Shown piece after piece: positions 36,775 to 49,125 of a stretch of DNA of 64,000 bases. The position numbers and the translations under genes were made by a program. How positions within the stretch are numbered: the first letter of the stretch is position 1; the number at the start of each line of letters is the position of its first letter. The notes beneath the pieces are model-generated. The model was not told the DNA's origin. It did no database searches and saw only the letters and a list, made by a program, of their open reading frames with translations. This DNA comes from Vairimorpha necatrix. Its lineage: Eukaryota. The DNA is taken from positions 1,178,001-1,242,000 of the forward strand of contig CP142731.1 in NCBI GenBank assembly GCA_036630325.1. Reading direction: 5' to 3'.

Positions 36775-37561
36775 TTTTTTTTTCTTTGCAAGTAAGAGGT
36801 AGGGAGAACCCTTACATAATTACCCAAGGGATTTGGGTGTGATCCTCATCCAACTGGTACTGTGAGATTCTATCCATCCAAAACTCCCTCCATACACTTG
36901 CCGGTGCAGCAAGCTCCTCCGTATCCATTGGACTTTAGCACCGGGAGAACACTTTTTATTTATGCCTCAATTGCGTCCAGAGTGACCTCACAGCGGATAT
37001 ACTTAACGGGCATGGTTATCTATAACCCGAGGAGAGACATCATCGTACTGACTCAAAGGTCCCTACAATCATCTGTATTGCACACACGGCTCCTTACACG
37101 ACCACATCACCAACCGGTCATTTTTATTGGGCTGCGTTGACCACCATTTACCCACTATGTTCGGCCACCGTGTTAAAGAATTTTGTAAGATAGGGTCCAC
37201 GAGATCTTCTATTGCCCTACCTCGTCTAGTCTCTTAGTTAGCTCCTAAATCCCACTCTATAGTGCACCAGCCATGGGCTTTAACTAGGTCGTACCTATTA
37301 GATACTTTTATGTATCATTAAATCACCACAAAGGGAATACTTTTTTGGCTTTGAGGTGCGTTTCTGCACTAGATGCCAATTCCCTTATGGCTGGACACAC
37401 AAATTCCATTGAATCAACTTAATGATTATCGTGGACATTTTCATCATCTGAGTTGTTCCAACTGCATCATAGAAAGTAGAAACAATTTTGGTGCTCTTGG
37501 GAATCGAACCCAGTCAATGCTCAATGGAAGAATTGCCTTCTACCACTGGGCCAAGGGCACC
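36775..37561 (-). mobile_element. tRNA-headed SINE-like element, copy 1 (~790 nt)
   Basis: Minus strand: A-box TGGCCCAGTGG, B-box GGTTCGATTCC, A tail. TSD TTTTATAGAAT at 36763-36773 and 37562-37572. Colinear with 49126-49931. Confidence 0.9.
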
Positions 37562-39198
37562 TTTTATAGAATATTCCTGTCGTTCTAAACGCTACATGAA
37601 CGCTTTAGCTCGATGTTTCTGTCTTCGTCAGCACTCTTAAAGCGGCATTTTAAGAAAAGATCCAAAATTTATGTCTTGGTCGTAATGTCTCTAAGAACAT
37701 TTTTCTATGCCAATCGACCTATTGATAAATTTTTTATATAAAACCACTAAAACTATTAAGGTGCCGTTATACAAGCATGTATCATGTTTTTAAGATCTAC
37801 TTATAATTAAAGAGAAAATTAATTTTTTTTTTGTTAGTTTGATCTTATTTATTTTAATTTTTTAGATTTTGCAAATAATATTATCTACTGTATCGACTTG
37901 AAAAACTACTTTTGCTATAATTACAATATAAAAGTGCTTAACGAGTTTTTTGTACTCCGTTATCCAGACTTATTTGTTTCGCCCAATTTCAACTAACAGA
38001 GATAAAAAATTTAAATTATTTTTTTATCAAATTGGCTTCACCGAAAAATAGTTATTCTAATCGTCAAAATAAAGTAAAAAAATACATCCTTGATATTGTA
38101 ATTTCTGTTTCACAAAATCTATATTTTACTTATTGCTTTAGAAAATATAACAATCAAAAAAAGGTTGTAATTTGCAAATTTTTTCTAAAAAACAAAGTTA
38201 ATCTCGCAATGTTTGAACTATTTCGTTGTCTAGAGCAGCTAGATCATTTTTTTATGAAAATATTTAGAATATGATGAACAAAGGATACCGATATCATTTG
38301 AAATTTAATACAAAAAATTTCATTTGGTTTCTATATTTTGAATAAAATATGTTTTTTCCACATCAATCTGCAAAATTTTAGAAATTTCATATAAGTAATT
38401 TTTTAAAAATAGTAGTCAATAATATAAATTAAATGCAATATTATTAAAATTTATCGTTTTTATAATTTACTTATCAACCGATCTGATATGCTAAGAGAAG
38501 CTTATATTTAAAATCAAAAAATTTTCTATTGGTATTTAATTCGAAGTTGTTTTTGCAATTGGTTTAGTAGTAAGTAATTCAAATAATCGAAAACATTCAT
38601 AAAACCCAGCTTTCAGTTTATATATGTTAAATTATAGAGTTTGCAAACAAATTAAACGGAATCGCATAGCATGTTATGGGTTTTTGATTGAGAATTTGGC
38701 ATCAAAAATATTCTTTCTTTTATATTATTTTGTTTCATATAAATAGACAATCTTTTTTCTCATTTTCACTATTAGAATAGTTACTTAATGTTGTGTGTGT
38801 CAAACGTGAACGTAAAGTGCTACACACGTCAAATATATCATGTCAGATTTTGATATCTTTGACATATTTTATTTAAAATTCAAATAACAAACACAGTCGT
38901 GTTTTTTCATCAAAGATTTTCTATATTTTTTGGTTTATCCAAATCAGTACAATATTCTAACTTACGATAAATGTTCCACATGACTTTAGAGACAAAATTT
39001 TGCCTAAGTTTTGTGAGCGTAATAGAGAATGCTGTATTTTTCTATTATAAAGTCTATAAAGCTATATATGTGTAGCCTTGTATAAAAATTGACATAATAC
39101 AACGATTTTGGCTGTTTTGAACATGATCAAAAAATTACAGTTTTTAATTTATTTTTACTTGTCATTAAAACGATAGAAGAATTTCAATAAAATAATAT

Positions 39199-39723
39199 TT
39201 ATTCTCTTGTGAATAAAACACTTAATCCTATAAGACTCAATACAGTGAATTTTACAGCAGGTATGGTATTTATCCAAATGGTCATCATACCGAAATAGGG
39301 AATATAAGCAGCAACACAAGATTTCACATCTTGTGGGGCCAAGTAATATTGATTAGGCCTATATAAGCCGACATCATCAAGTCTATTATTGTCACCCTTA
39401 GTAAGAGTTCGTGTACCAAATTTCTTAATACAACGATGAACTATAGGAATCGTATTTTTGTATAATTGAAATACGGTCATGTCTCCTACACCATAAGATT
39501 TTGGCCTTAGCCATAAAATATCTCCTCTCTCAAACCCAGGACTCATGCTCTCACTAAGCACTACGACTATAGGACTGTCATTATTTAGAATGAGAGAAAA
39601 CAATTTCCACATCATATAAGTTCCAATGATTGAATAACTAGCATTTACAAATTGTTTAAGCATTTGTCTAGGTCCCATTCTAGTAAACGCTGCGACATCC
39701 TTTGTACTGAAGAGTAAATCCAT
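39199..39723 (-). CDS. SEC11: Signal peptidase complex catalytic subunit Sec11, copy 1
   Basis: SPIVVVLSESMSPGFERGD, IPIVHR, TKGDNN..DD. CCCC precedes the ATG at 39723. Confidence 0.93.
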   Translation of the reverse strand: MDLLFSTKDVAAFTRMGPRQMLKQFVNASYSIIGTYMMWKLFSLILNNDSPIVVVLSESMSPGFERGDILWLRPKSYGVGDMTVFQLYKNTIPIVHRCIKKFGTRTLTKGDNNRLDDVGLYRPNQYYLAPQDVKSCVAAYIPYFGMMTIWINTIPAVKFTVLSLIGLSVLFTRE

Positions 39724-40352
39724 GAAGGGGTAAAAAAGGAACAAAATAAAAAACGAGAGACAGATAAAATTATGTATGTGTTTCAAACAATAAAAAACAT
39801 CATCTATACAAATTAAAATCAAAGATGTTTTCTTTATCAATATCACATATTATAAAATTATCCTCAGATAATTTTATATTTTGACAATTAAGCCCAAATT
39901 TATAACTTGTTTGTATAATGAATTTAGTTATTTAATTTTTTTTTGTTTAATCGTAGCAAAAAGGTCGGTCAAAAAACATTTAAGTAGTTTAAAATAATAT
40001 TCAGATAAAGTCATATTTTACATCTAAATAATGTATTCAGTACAGTTGATTAAGATAAAACTCTTTTTTTAGCATTTGTCAAACCAAAATCGTCATGTTA
40101 CATTTTGCTAGATTTTTATTTAAAAATAAATTTTTAAATGTACAGTTTACGTCTTTAAATATAATATAATTTGTCTAATGTTTAGTATTAAAAACTCAAT
40201 ATGGTCCTCTTTAATAAGTAAAGCGTCTCTAATACTTGTTTAAAAGAAAAGGTTTTTTTGAAGCACTATTTGTCATATTGTATGCTGATAACATTAATGT
40301 TACCAGAAGGAGAGCTGGTTATTGAAGAAGGCTTTTTATTAGAAGAAGAACT

Positions 40353-41370
40353 GGCTAAAGTGCGCTATAGGAATATTTTTTGAACTAGGGTTTTTTTGTT
40401 TTTTTTTGCCCCTTTTTTTGAAAAAATGGAGGAAGGAAGATGGAGAGGAAGAAAGAAAATTAACAAGTAGAATAAAAGTTTTAATAAAGCAGCAAAGACT
40501 GAAGTAGAAGAATTTCTTTGAAGCATATACCTAAACAGATATAGTTTTGCACTATTGGCTGATCTGTTTCTATTAGGTATAGAATTTTTTAGAGAACGCC
40601 AATTACCTTCTATGGTATTGTTATGGACTCCCGTGATTGGGTCTCTAAAGTGTAATGTATGGTTAACCATATGGTGTTGGCTAAATAAAGTACCTAAAGA
40701 ATTATAGGCTCTCGCATATCACTATGTATGATACTTTTTGTGCTTACATATTTTAATAAAAGTGCTGTTAGAGTTTCTTTATCCCTTTTTTATGTGTACT
40801 AGTATTATTTTACGTTCCAATGTACGTTCGGTCATTCCAAAACACCAAAATCCTTTCACTAGCTTGCCTCGGTGGTTTTTATTTTTTCCTATCTTCGTCT
40901 CATCAATTTCTACTATTATGTCCTCTCCTCCAATAATGGTCATTGATGACAAATACTTATCGTAAATGTTCATTTCTTTTAGTTTTTTTAATACTGTAGA
41001 TATAGTTTTTTTCGAACAATGTAAAATTTGACAAATATACTTACTGGGATACCCAAGAATCCACAGATTAAGTATTTGTAATGTTAGTAAATGACAAAGT
41101 TTAGAATTACTAAAGAAAGTGTCATTCCAAATAGAAATTGTCTTTCGACATCCCTTCCAAGTACAAGTTAATAAATACTCCTTCTTACTTACTTTACGTA
41201 TTTTACCTCCACATTGATCACAAATATTTATTGTTTTTTCTCTTATCAGTTCATTATATATAAATTCTAATTCTTCCTCTCCATCTTCCTTCCTCCATTT
41301 TTTCAAAAAAAGGGGCAAAAAAAAACAAAAAACCCTAGTTCAAAAAATATTCCTATAGTGCACTTTAGCC
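40353..41370 (-). mobile_element. Merlin (IS1595/ISXO2-like) DNA transposon 1, frameshifted transposase, ~100-bp TIRs
   Basis: Near-perfect TIRs GGCTAAAGTG... at 40353-40453 and 41271-41370. Transposase CxxC..C, IGG...VEIDETK, HSD, VNH, HNNTIEGNW with at least three frameshifts. No TSD visible. Confidence 0.9.
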
Positions 41371-42058
41371 CTGCCACGTAATATGATATTTTATAAAAAA
41401 ACAAATCGCAATCAAGCAATCAAAATGTATTTCTTTAATGGATAAATTGCAGTTATTTAGGGCTGAAATGAAAAGTTATTGAATTCTTAATTCAAAGTAA
41501 ATCTAGATGTAATTTATGATAAAATCAATAATATAATTTAAAATGATAAATATTAAAAAAATTTAGTCAGTTAGATTTTGTTTAATATAGGAAAATGAAT
41601 TTGACGAGAGAATCCAAACATACAAGTATAATCTCCATCGCCATTATAAGTTTGTAAATCGCTTTTTATTTCGAGGACAAGCAAAAAACCTCTATTGTTT
41701 TATTACTGGTATCGATTGGATATAAGCAAAGTAACAATATACATATTATATAATGGGAACATAATGCATTTATGTTCAGTAAAAAATAAGAATTTAGAAA
41801 TATGATGAAAATTTATGCCTGAGACGCTACAAGAATCGCTACACGACGCATAACAATATTCGAAAAATTCATTTTTTGTATAAATAGAAATAACATAATA
41901 TTACGATAATCTACTTATTTTAGATAGGTCGATCAGGATTTATATCTATTCAAATTAAACTTGATGTAAAATTTAATTCTAATAAAAATATAAAATTATT
42001 TGGAAAAATGAAACGTACATTTTCATTATACTTAAATTGATTTTTATTCTTTTCGATT

Positions 42059-42801
42059 TTAGTCACATCTTGGTCTAGTACAAATTTTACTAATTCTTTC
42101 ATTAATGTCCTTTTTAGTAGATTCAGTCGTTAAGGTCAAATTATAATCATTGCCATGCTCATTATTCAAAGGATTAATTGTTAGTGTTGGATTGGATGCA
42201 TAAAATGATTTCTTATTATTATATATTTCATTATACAAGTTTTCTTTAAATACTTGTGTAATTTTTTCTTCACATTCAATATTTACCTTTAACTCAATAT
42301 TATTTCTTAAACTATATTCAAGTATGGCCATATCTACCTTTTTTTCAAGTATGTATGACGAACTTAAATGATATATCAATTTATAACTGTTAAATGCTAA
42401 AGCCTGTATAAATTTATTGATTTCTCTTAATCTTAATTTAGGTTTTGTCTTGATTAAGAACAAAATAACGTTTAGTTGAAATTTTCGTTTCAAATTTTTC
42501 ATTTGTTTAATATTTATCGTTTTTTCTACGTAAAAAAATGAATTCCTGATTTCATCAACTAAAGAGTCGTACATTAATATTTTGAATACTATATTAGATA
42601 CTACAGATAGCTTATTAATGTCAATGTCGTCGTATTGTATAGTTTCTGTATTTTTTATTAATATTTTAAACATTTTGTTTTGTTTGGATTTTCATCATAA
42701 AATTTCGTCAAGTTTTTAGCAGTTGCATATATTTCATGTGAATTAAAATCATCTTCCAATTTATCTGAAGTGTAAATCTGATAAAACATTACAAAAAACA
42801 T
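42059..42801 (-). pseudogene. Hypothetical, putatively secreted protein with one frameshift (or sequencing error)
   Basis: CCC motif then ATG at 42801 (MFFVMFYQIYT), which needs a frame change near 42670-42690 to join the 204-aa ORF. Confidence 0.55.
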
Positions 42802-44707
42802 AGTAACTAGGGTATCTAAAAATTTATTTATAAAACCGAAAAAAAGATTTTTAGTTCTTATTATTTTTTTTAATAACTGGCTAGGCAAATGTACAACCAA
42901 AGAAATAATCATGAAAAATCGATATTTTTTTTGAAATTATCAGAAGAGTTTTTTACTAACTATGAATACAAATAAGCAACAAAGCATTTATTATGATAAT
43001 TACATTTATCAACAATCATGACTCAATACGGCGTGTAACATAACAAAATAAAATTAATTTTTTAGTATTATATTTTGATAATAATAGAGATAATACATTG
43101 ATGCTCAAAATTTTATTATCGACAGCACTACAAAGAATTCTTTTAGATAGGAACGTTATATTTAATAATATAAACTTTATAAATAAAATTTAATCTATAT
43201 TGCAATAAATCGGCAGAAATCCCGATGTATTTTTTGCATAATAAGAGTTGTTTAATTGTATAAGTTCAAATATAAGTAATCAACGAAATAACAACACAAA
43301 TAAGTTTAATGTAAAAGTAGAGTTATTTAGAATATATTAATTGTATTAACAAGCTGATATGCATAGCAAAACATTACTAACACATAAATATAAATTGTAA
43401 TGAGCAAAATTTCCTTGAAATAGGTGTCAGTATCAATAATCACAATATAATTTTGAAATATCATATTTTTGATATATTATAAGCAGACGCTAGAATTTAT
43501 CTTATAAATCATGAACCCGTCCCAAAATAGCATGGTATTAAAATGAAAATATAATTTTTTTTTCAAAAACAAATTACAGCATTAAAATTATACGCCTTAA
43601 ACTAAGTGAACGTAAAAACAAAACTATAGTAACAAATGAAAATCATGCTTTAATTATATGAGCAATTTCAAATTAAAATTAGCATAGAAAAGTGATAAAT
43701 TAAATTACAATATTTTTTAAATTTATGTGTTGTAATACTAGTTAGTGTTTTTTATATAAGGTAAAGTATTTATTTTTAAGACCTATATTCAAAACAAGCA
43801 ATCACAAAGTACCATTTTGTGAATATATTTACACTTATTCTTTAAATTTCTATAAAAAATAATTATTCGGTTCAGAAAACAAAAAGATTATGATACAATA
43901 AAATTCTTTGTATGACTTTATGTTGCTGCATTTTTAGATGTAAGGGTTTTATATCTGTAGATTGTTTTCTATAAATAATAAATTTGCAGAAATTTAAACA
44001 ACCCTTTCAATGTTGGCTACCGCATAAGAATTAATTTTTTAAGAAAAATAAAGTGACGTTTATATCAATATCTTTCATTAATATAGGTATTTAACCAAAA
44101 AACAACAAATTCCATGTTTTTAAATATCAAGTTTGTTTATACGTAAGTATAAATTTAATAACGACGATTTATACGTCATATACATTAAGATCAAATATTA
44201 AAAAAATACAAATTATATCCTTCAAAAAAGAAATTTCATATTCTAATCCAATATTTCCCCCAAATTTATATGTACCGGCCGTATTTTTTTTAAAATTGTA
44301 ATATTAAATGAAGATCCATTTAACTACTAGTATAGATGAAGTATTAAAACCGTTACATATTATAGAATTAGATATATTCTCGCAATAATCTTTTTTTCGA
44401 CGAAGAAAGAACTTCTTTGTATAAAATAGTGTGTAAGTCTGAGTTGTACTGTGTCGGGCATGATTATAGCCCCGATTATAATTTTGACAGCCTTGATCTG
44501 TAAATAAGAGATATTCGAGTTGACACAACAATTGTCAATTATAATAGGCTACAATTTCGATTCCCAAGTTCATGTATTAGTCTCATCAAATTTAAATTTT
44601 TAAACATTTGTAGGCATAAAAATCTAATGTCGGCATTTTATATTTTTGTATCCGTGAAAGCATATGCTAGGCCTATTAGTATACCTCGTTTAAAAAAACA
44701 ATACCTG

Positions 44708-44709
<2 letters not shown>

Positions 44710-44739
<30 letters not shown>
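44710..44739. repeat. (AT)n microsatellite
   Basis: About 15 AT units, directly visible. Confidence 0.9.
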
Positions 44740-44742
<3 letters not shown>

Positions 44743-46730
44743 AGAATGAAGTAGAGTATATAAGCACTCCGCTGCGGATATTTAACAAAATTTTGCCCCG
44801 GCCATCGGACTTTTATTGCATATACCATACTAATAGTGGCAAAACGACGTTTTAGTAGCATCTTCTCACATTAATAGCGCTTGTACATATAATAATATTC
44901 AAATAAATAATCCATAATTATAAAAAACGAATTTTTTGAGGATTCTGGTATAGATAATGAAAAAATTGTTATAACTAGGATAGGGAATTTATTAATAAAA
45001 TGGAAATTAATTAAGTTGGTTTTGAATTCGATAGGCACTTTAAATATTACCATGACGCAATATGATCATTGTTGTATAATAGATGTATCTTAAGTACTGC
45101 TATTTCCTTAATAATAACCAAAAATTAACACTAAGATTATTTTTCAAAGCATTAAACCTTAAAATTAAAAGTTACTTGTGGCAATTTTAGAGTCACAGTG
45201 TGAATTTTGAAGGACCCTGTTACTAAGTGATCAAAAGCAATATGTTGATTCGTAAATGAGTGTTTAGATTTACACAATATAATATTTTTTTCTGATTACT
45301 GTGATTGATATCTTGACAAATGAAATCATGCACGGGAAATTTTTCAGTTGATTCATGAATCTTATGTGATGTACAGACATTAGAGGATTTATTTTAGCTG
45401 ATAAACTTAACGGGTCGGAAATAATGCTAATGCTACTTAAATGTACGTATAGTACTATAATAGAAAAAACAATGATTAAACTTGAATGAGAATCTAAAGG
45501 CTTATTATGGACCTTCCAAACGAAGCAGGACGGCTCTATACTTAATTATAAATAATGATGTAATTTTTTTTTATTGTTATATGGGAGCCAAGTGGTCAAA
45601 GCAACCTATGCAATCCTGGGAGATTATTGAAGCAATATGAAGAGAAATGTGTGAGATGCAGACGAAAGTCGGGGCTTTCGTGTTTGTATGACGACGTCCC
45701 TCTTTGTGTTATTCGAACTGTGCTCTTTAGTCATATTCGCTATAAATCATTAACGCGATATGACCATAGAAGGTTGAGATTCTACTGGAGCCAATGTCCA
45801 ATTTATACAAAGTTGATTACCACATAATGGGTTATATTGTGGCGTTTTTGGAGATAATAATCTTACAGCAATAGTGGAATATAAGTACTGTCATATGTCC
45901 ATCTTGTCCTTTATGAGTGATTCTTTAATTTCTTACTTATGAAAAAAATGTATCGACAAACCCTTTTGAGGGTTTTTTTACGAAGGACGATAGTTCAGAA
46001 CTTTTGGTACAAACATTTTGAAATTTATTCTAAAACCAGATGTTTTGTTTGGTGCGCAATTATGATTATTTTTTACGACTACCCATTAATTTTAATGTAC
46101 TTGTTTGGCTATCATTTTGTTTTTTGACATTTTTTTGTTTAAGTATAAATGGGAAAACAATCTTTTAATTTTGATATTGTCAAAACAGTTATTACAGATC
46201 ATAATTTTATTAAAACAATTTTTTTTTATTTTTTTAACATAAAAACTCTGTAGCATCAACAGAAGTCATTATTTATAGTTTAAGCTTGTTTATTCGAAAT
46301 CTCGAATAATTAGAGAGCAAATTAGAGGTTGACCGTAAAAACTACTAAGATAAACTTAATTTCGTCGATTTGAAAATCGCTTTAAGGCATACTTTGCAGC
46401 TTATTTAATATGATATCCATGGTATTTTAAGTATTTAAATTTGAATTTTCAAATTAAAGATCAATATATAAAAAGCTAAAGCAATGTCTGTTCAACTTTA
46501 TAAAGTACAAAACAAAAAATATAAAATTTTAAAATTATTCTTAACAGTTTTTTATGTTAAAAGTCAAATTTGGTGGAGCTATTTTTGATTTTGTTATGTA
46601 AAAATTTTTTTTCGCAACCTACAATTCATTTTGTTTATATGAAGGTCAAGCAAACTTTTATTTTTCATATATATAACCGCTATGTCTGCTTAAGGTTAAT
46701 AAATGTTAATTTAATTGGTATTTTTTTATT

Positions 46731-47255
46731 TTATTCTCTCGTAAATAAAACACTTAAGCCTATAATACTTGACATAATATATTTTAAAGCGGGTATTGTA
46801 CTAGCCCATATGGACATCATACCAAAATACGGAACAAAAGCAACAACACAGGATTTCACGTCTTCTGGGGCCAAGTAATACTGATTAGGCCTATACAGCC
46901 CCACATCATCAACTAAATTATTATCTCCTTTTGTAAGAGTTCGTGTCCCAATTTTTTTTATACAACGATGAACTATAGGTATTGCGTTTTTGTACAACTG
47001 AAATACAGTTATGTCTCCTACACCATGGGTTTTTTTTCTTAGCCATATAATATCCCCTCTTTCAAACCCCGGACTCATACTTTCACTAATTACAACGGCA
47101 ATATGATAATCATTATTTAGTATAAGAGACAACAATTTGAAAATCATATAATATCCAATGACTGAATAGCTAGCATTTACAAATTGTTTAAGCATTTGTC
47201 TTGGTCCCATTCTAGTGAATGCTCTGATATCTTTTGTACTGAAAGGTAAATCCAT
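46731..47255 (-). CDS. SEC11: Signal peptidase subunit Sec11, copy 2
   Basis: 174 aa, colinear with copy 1. SESM, IVHR and GDNN..DD are retained; CCCC precedes the ATG. Confidence 0.92.
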   Translation of the reverse strand: MDLPFSTKDIRAFTRMGPRQMLKQFVNASYSVIGYYMIFKLLSLILNNDYHIAVVISESMSPGFERGDIIWLRKKTHGVGDITVFQLYKNAIPIVHRCIKKIGTRTLTKGDNNLVDDVGLYRPNQYYLAPEDVKSCVVAFVPYFGMMSIWASTIPALKYIMSSIIGLSVLFTRE

Positions 47256-47604
47256 TAAGGGGTATTGAGTGTACTAATTAATATATAGGAGGAAAAAATA
47301 AAAACTATCCACAAAAGATATTAAATTAACCTTTAAATATGGAAAATTAAAACGATTTGAAGCATTAAATATGTATTTTTTTACATGTATTAAAATTGCT
47401 GTCAAATAATTTCTAATTTCCAACCCACTGTCAAATATATCAGAGACTTGACACCGAACAAAAATTGTGGATGGTGTATTTATCTTCTTTATTCTAAATT
47501 TTAAAAGAAAACGCCTTCTTTTACAAAAAGCATAACACTAAAAGAACCAACTACAATATCAAACGATCCTTCTTAAGACTAGCGCGTAACACATAATATA
47601 TTAA

Positions 47605-47815
47605 AAAATACTTTACTGGGGTATAATATAATAACTTACTTACTAATTACTTTTCACAAGCTATATTTACAATTTCTTCTGACAGTTTCCGGAGTTCCTC
47701 CTGAAATCCACATATTGGGTCCTCGAATACACCTTCATGTTCAGTATCAAGCCCATGTCTGATTGACATATTTAGGCTTTCTAAAGTCATTTTAAGGACT
47801 CTTGTCTGTATATAT
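47605..47815 (-). mobile_element. Short 3'-end fragment of the RLE non-LTR family seen at 25148
   Basis: Shares CTTTTCACAAG, GTATCAAGCCCATGTCT and TCTAAAGTCATTTTAAGGACTCTTG with 25190-25355. Confidence 0.85.
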
Positions 47816-48295
47816 AAAATATACAATGCACTTATTTATATTAAATTCTGTCGTTTCTTCTTAGTTTTATCTTAAGATTAACTGTCTTTATTTTATTGTG
47901 CACTATTTAAATTTATTCTATTGATGACAATCACCTCGTTTAGTGTCTGTTTTTTAAATCAAGTTTCTCTGAGAAACTTGCCTATGATATTTTATTAGTG
48001 TTTTTTATGGGTTTAATTTTTAAATTTTATATTGGGCATTTTAAGCCTAATTGTCGATATATGTTGTAGAGCGAGAAGCGGGTTTGCATCAGAATTGTCT
48101 TAAATCTTTTTTATATAGATTCCACAGCTTTTTTGACATTTTAGCATAAATTGCAACTTTTTCCGATCCAGAATATTTATAGTAAACTTATCATTGTTTG
48201 TTGAATGCGAGGAGCAAGGTTGTTTACAAAACATCATATTCTTCATTGTTATTCAGTAACCAGCACAATTTTTTTTTATTTTGTATAGGAATAAT

Positions 48296-48854
48296 GGTTA
48301 TAGTAATTTTTAGCCAATTATTTTCGATATAGGGTTTTTGTATTTTACCTCCCGATTTTAAAAAACGGAGGAAAAAGTCTGGACAAGAGAAGAATTAGAA
48401 ATACTTACAAATAATTGTTTACTAAAACGTAATATATGTGTACAATATTTGTTTTTAAAATTGATAATTACACGTTCTATTGAGGTTTATGATCATATAA
48501 ACAGAATTTACAAACACCTGAAATTTTGACTGGTTTATCACTTTTAATAGTTGTGAAATAAACAGAATTCTAATATTACAGCGATTTATGTTAATTTTCT
48601 TTTCTAATCGAATAAGATATTTTACTAACGTTATAAATAGTTGAACTAAGAACTACCTTTGTCGTAGTAAAAGATAAAAGAAAATTTATATAGTATATGG
48701 TGTTTTTTATATTTTTTTTACCTTTTGTTGTATTAATACATTTTTATTTATTTTTGTTTTTTCCTCAACATTTTCTTTACTCCGTTTTTAAAAACGTGCA
48801 AAAATCTACAAAAAACCCTATATCGAAAATTATTAGCTATTGGTTGCTTTGGCA
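48296..48854. mobile_element. Old non-autonomous Merlin-like element
   Basis: Imperfect TIRs (TTTTCGATATAGGGTTTTT...AAAAACGGAG) with the same layout as the Merlin 1 TIR. The left end reads (M)EEKVWTREELEIL, like the Merlin 1 N-terminus. TSD is not clean. Confidence 0.65.
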
Positions 48855-49125
48855 AAAAAAATGTTATTCATTTTTGAATTAAGAAAAGGACGGATCGTAG
48901 CAAACAACTCCAATTAGAAGGTCTATACTTTGTTTTAAACAAAATAAAGTAAATGCAAAAAAGAACAAGAAGGAGACAAAAATATCGATCGTTTCTAATA
49001 TAAAATTACAAAATTAATAAAAATATATTCAAAAGTAAATTTAAATTCTTTTATATTATAATAATAATTATATTGCATTTTAAAATTTTTTGATAAGAGT
49101 TTATACATATGCTTTAATTTTTAGA

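Noticed and set aside
36862-37588. ORFs within the SINE copies (36862, 37373, 49101, 49549, 49720)
   Set aside because: Mostly antisense, with different starts and stops between copies; explained by higher GC content.
37587-37638. Minus-strand hammerhead-like string CTGACGA-AGACA-GAAAC with a plausible helix III ending in GUA, just upstream of SINE copy 1
   Set aside because: No helix II pair, and helix I only forms by using the core C3. It lies outside the TSD and is absent next to copy 2. CTGACGA near 4165 and 54100 also lacks a GAAA.
40775-40795. A-AAA-AAG (and A-AAA-AAC near 58580) as programmed -1 frameshift sites in Merlin transposases
   Set aside because: Both need a +1 shift to regain frame, and both elements carry other inactivating lesions.
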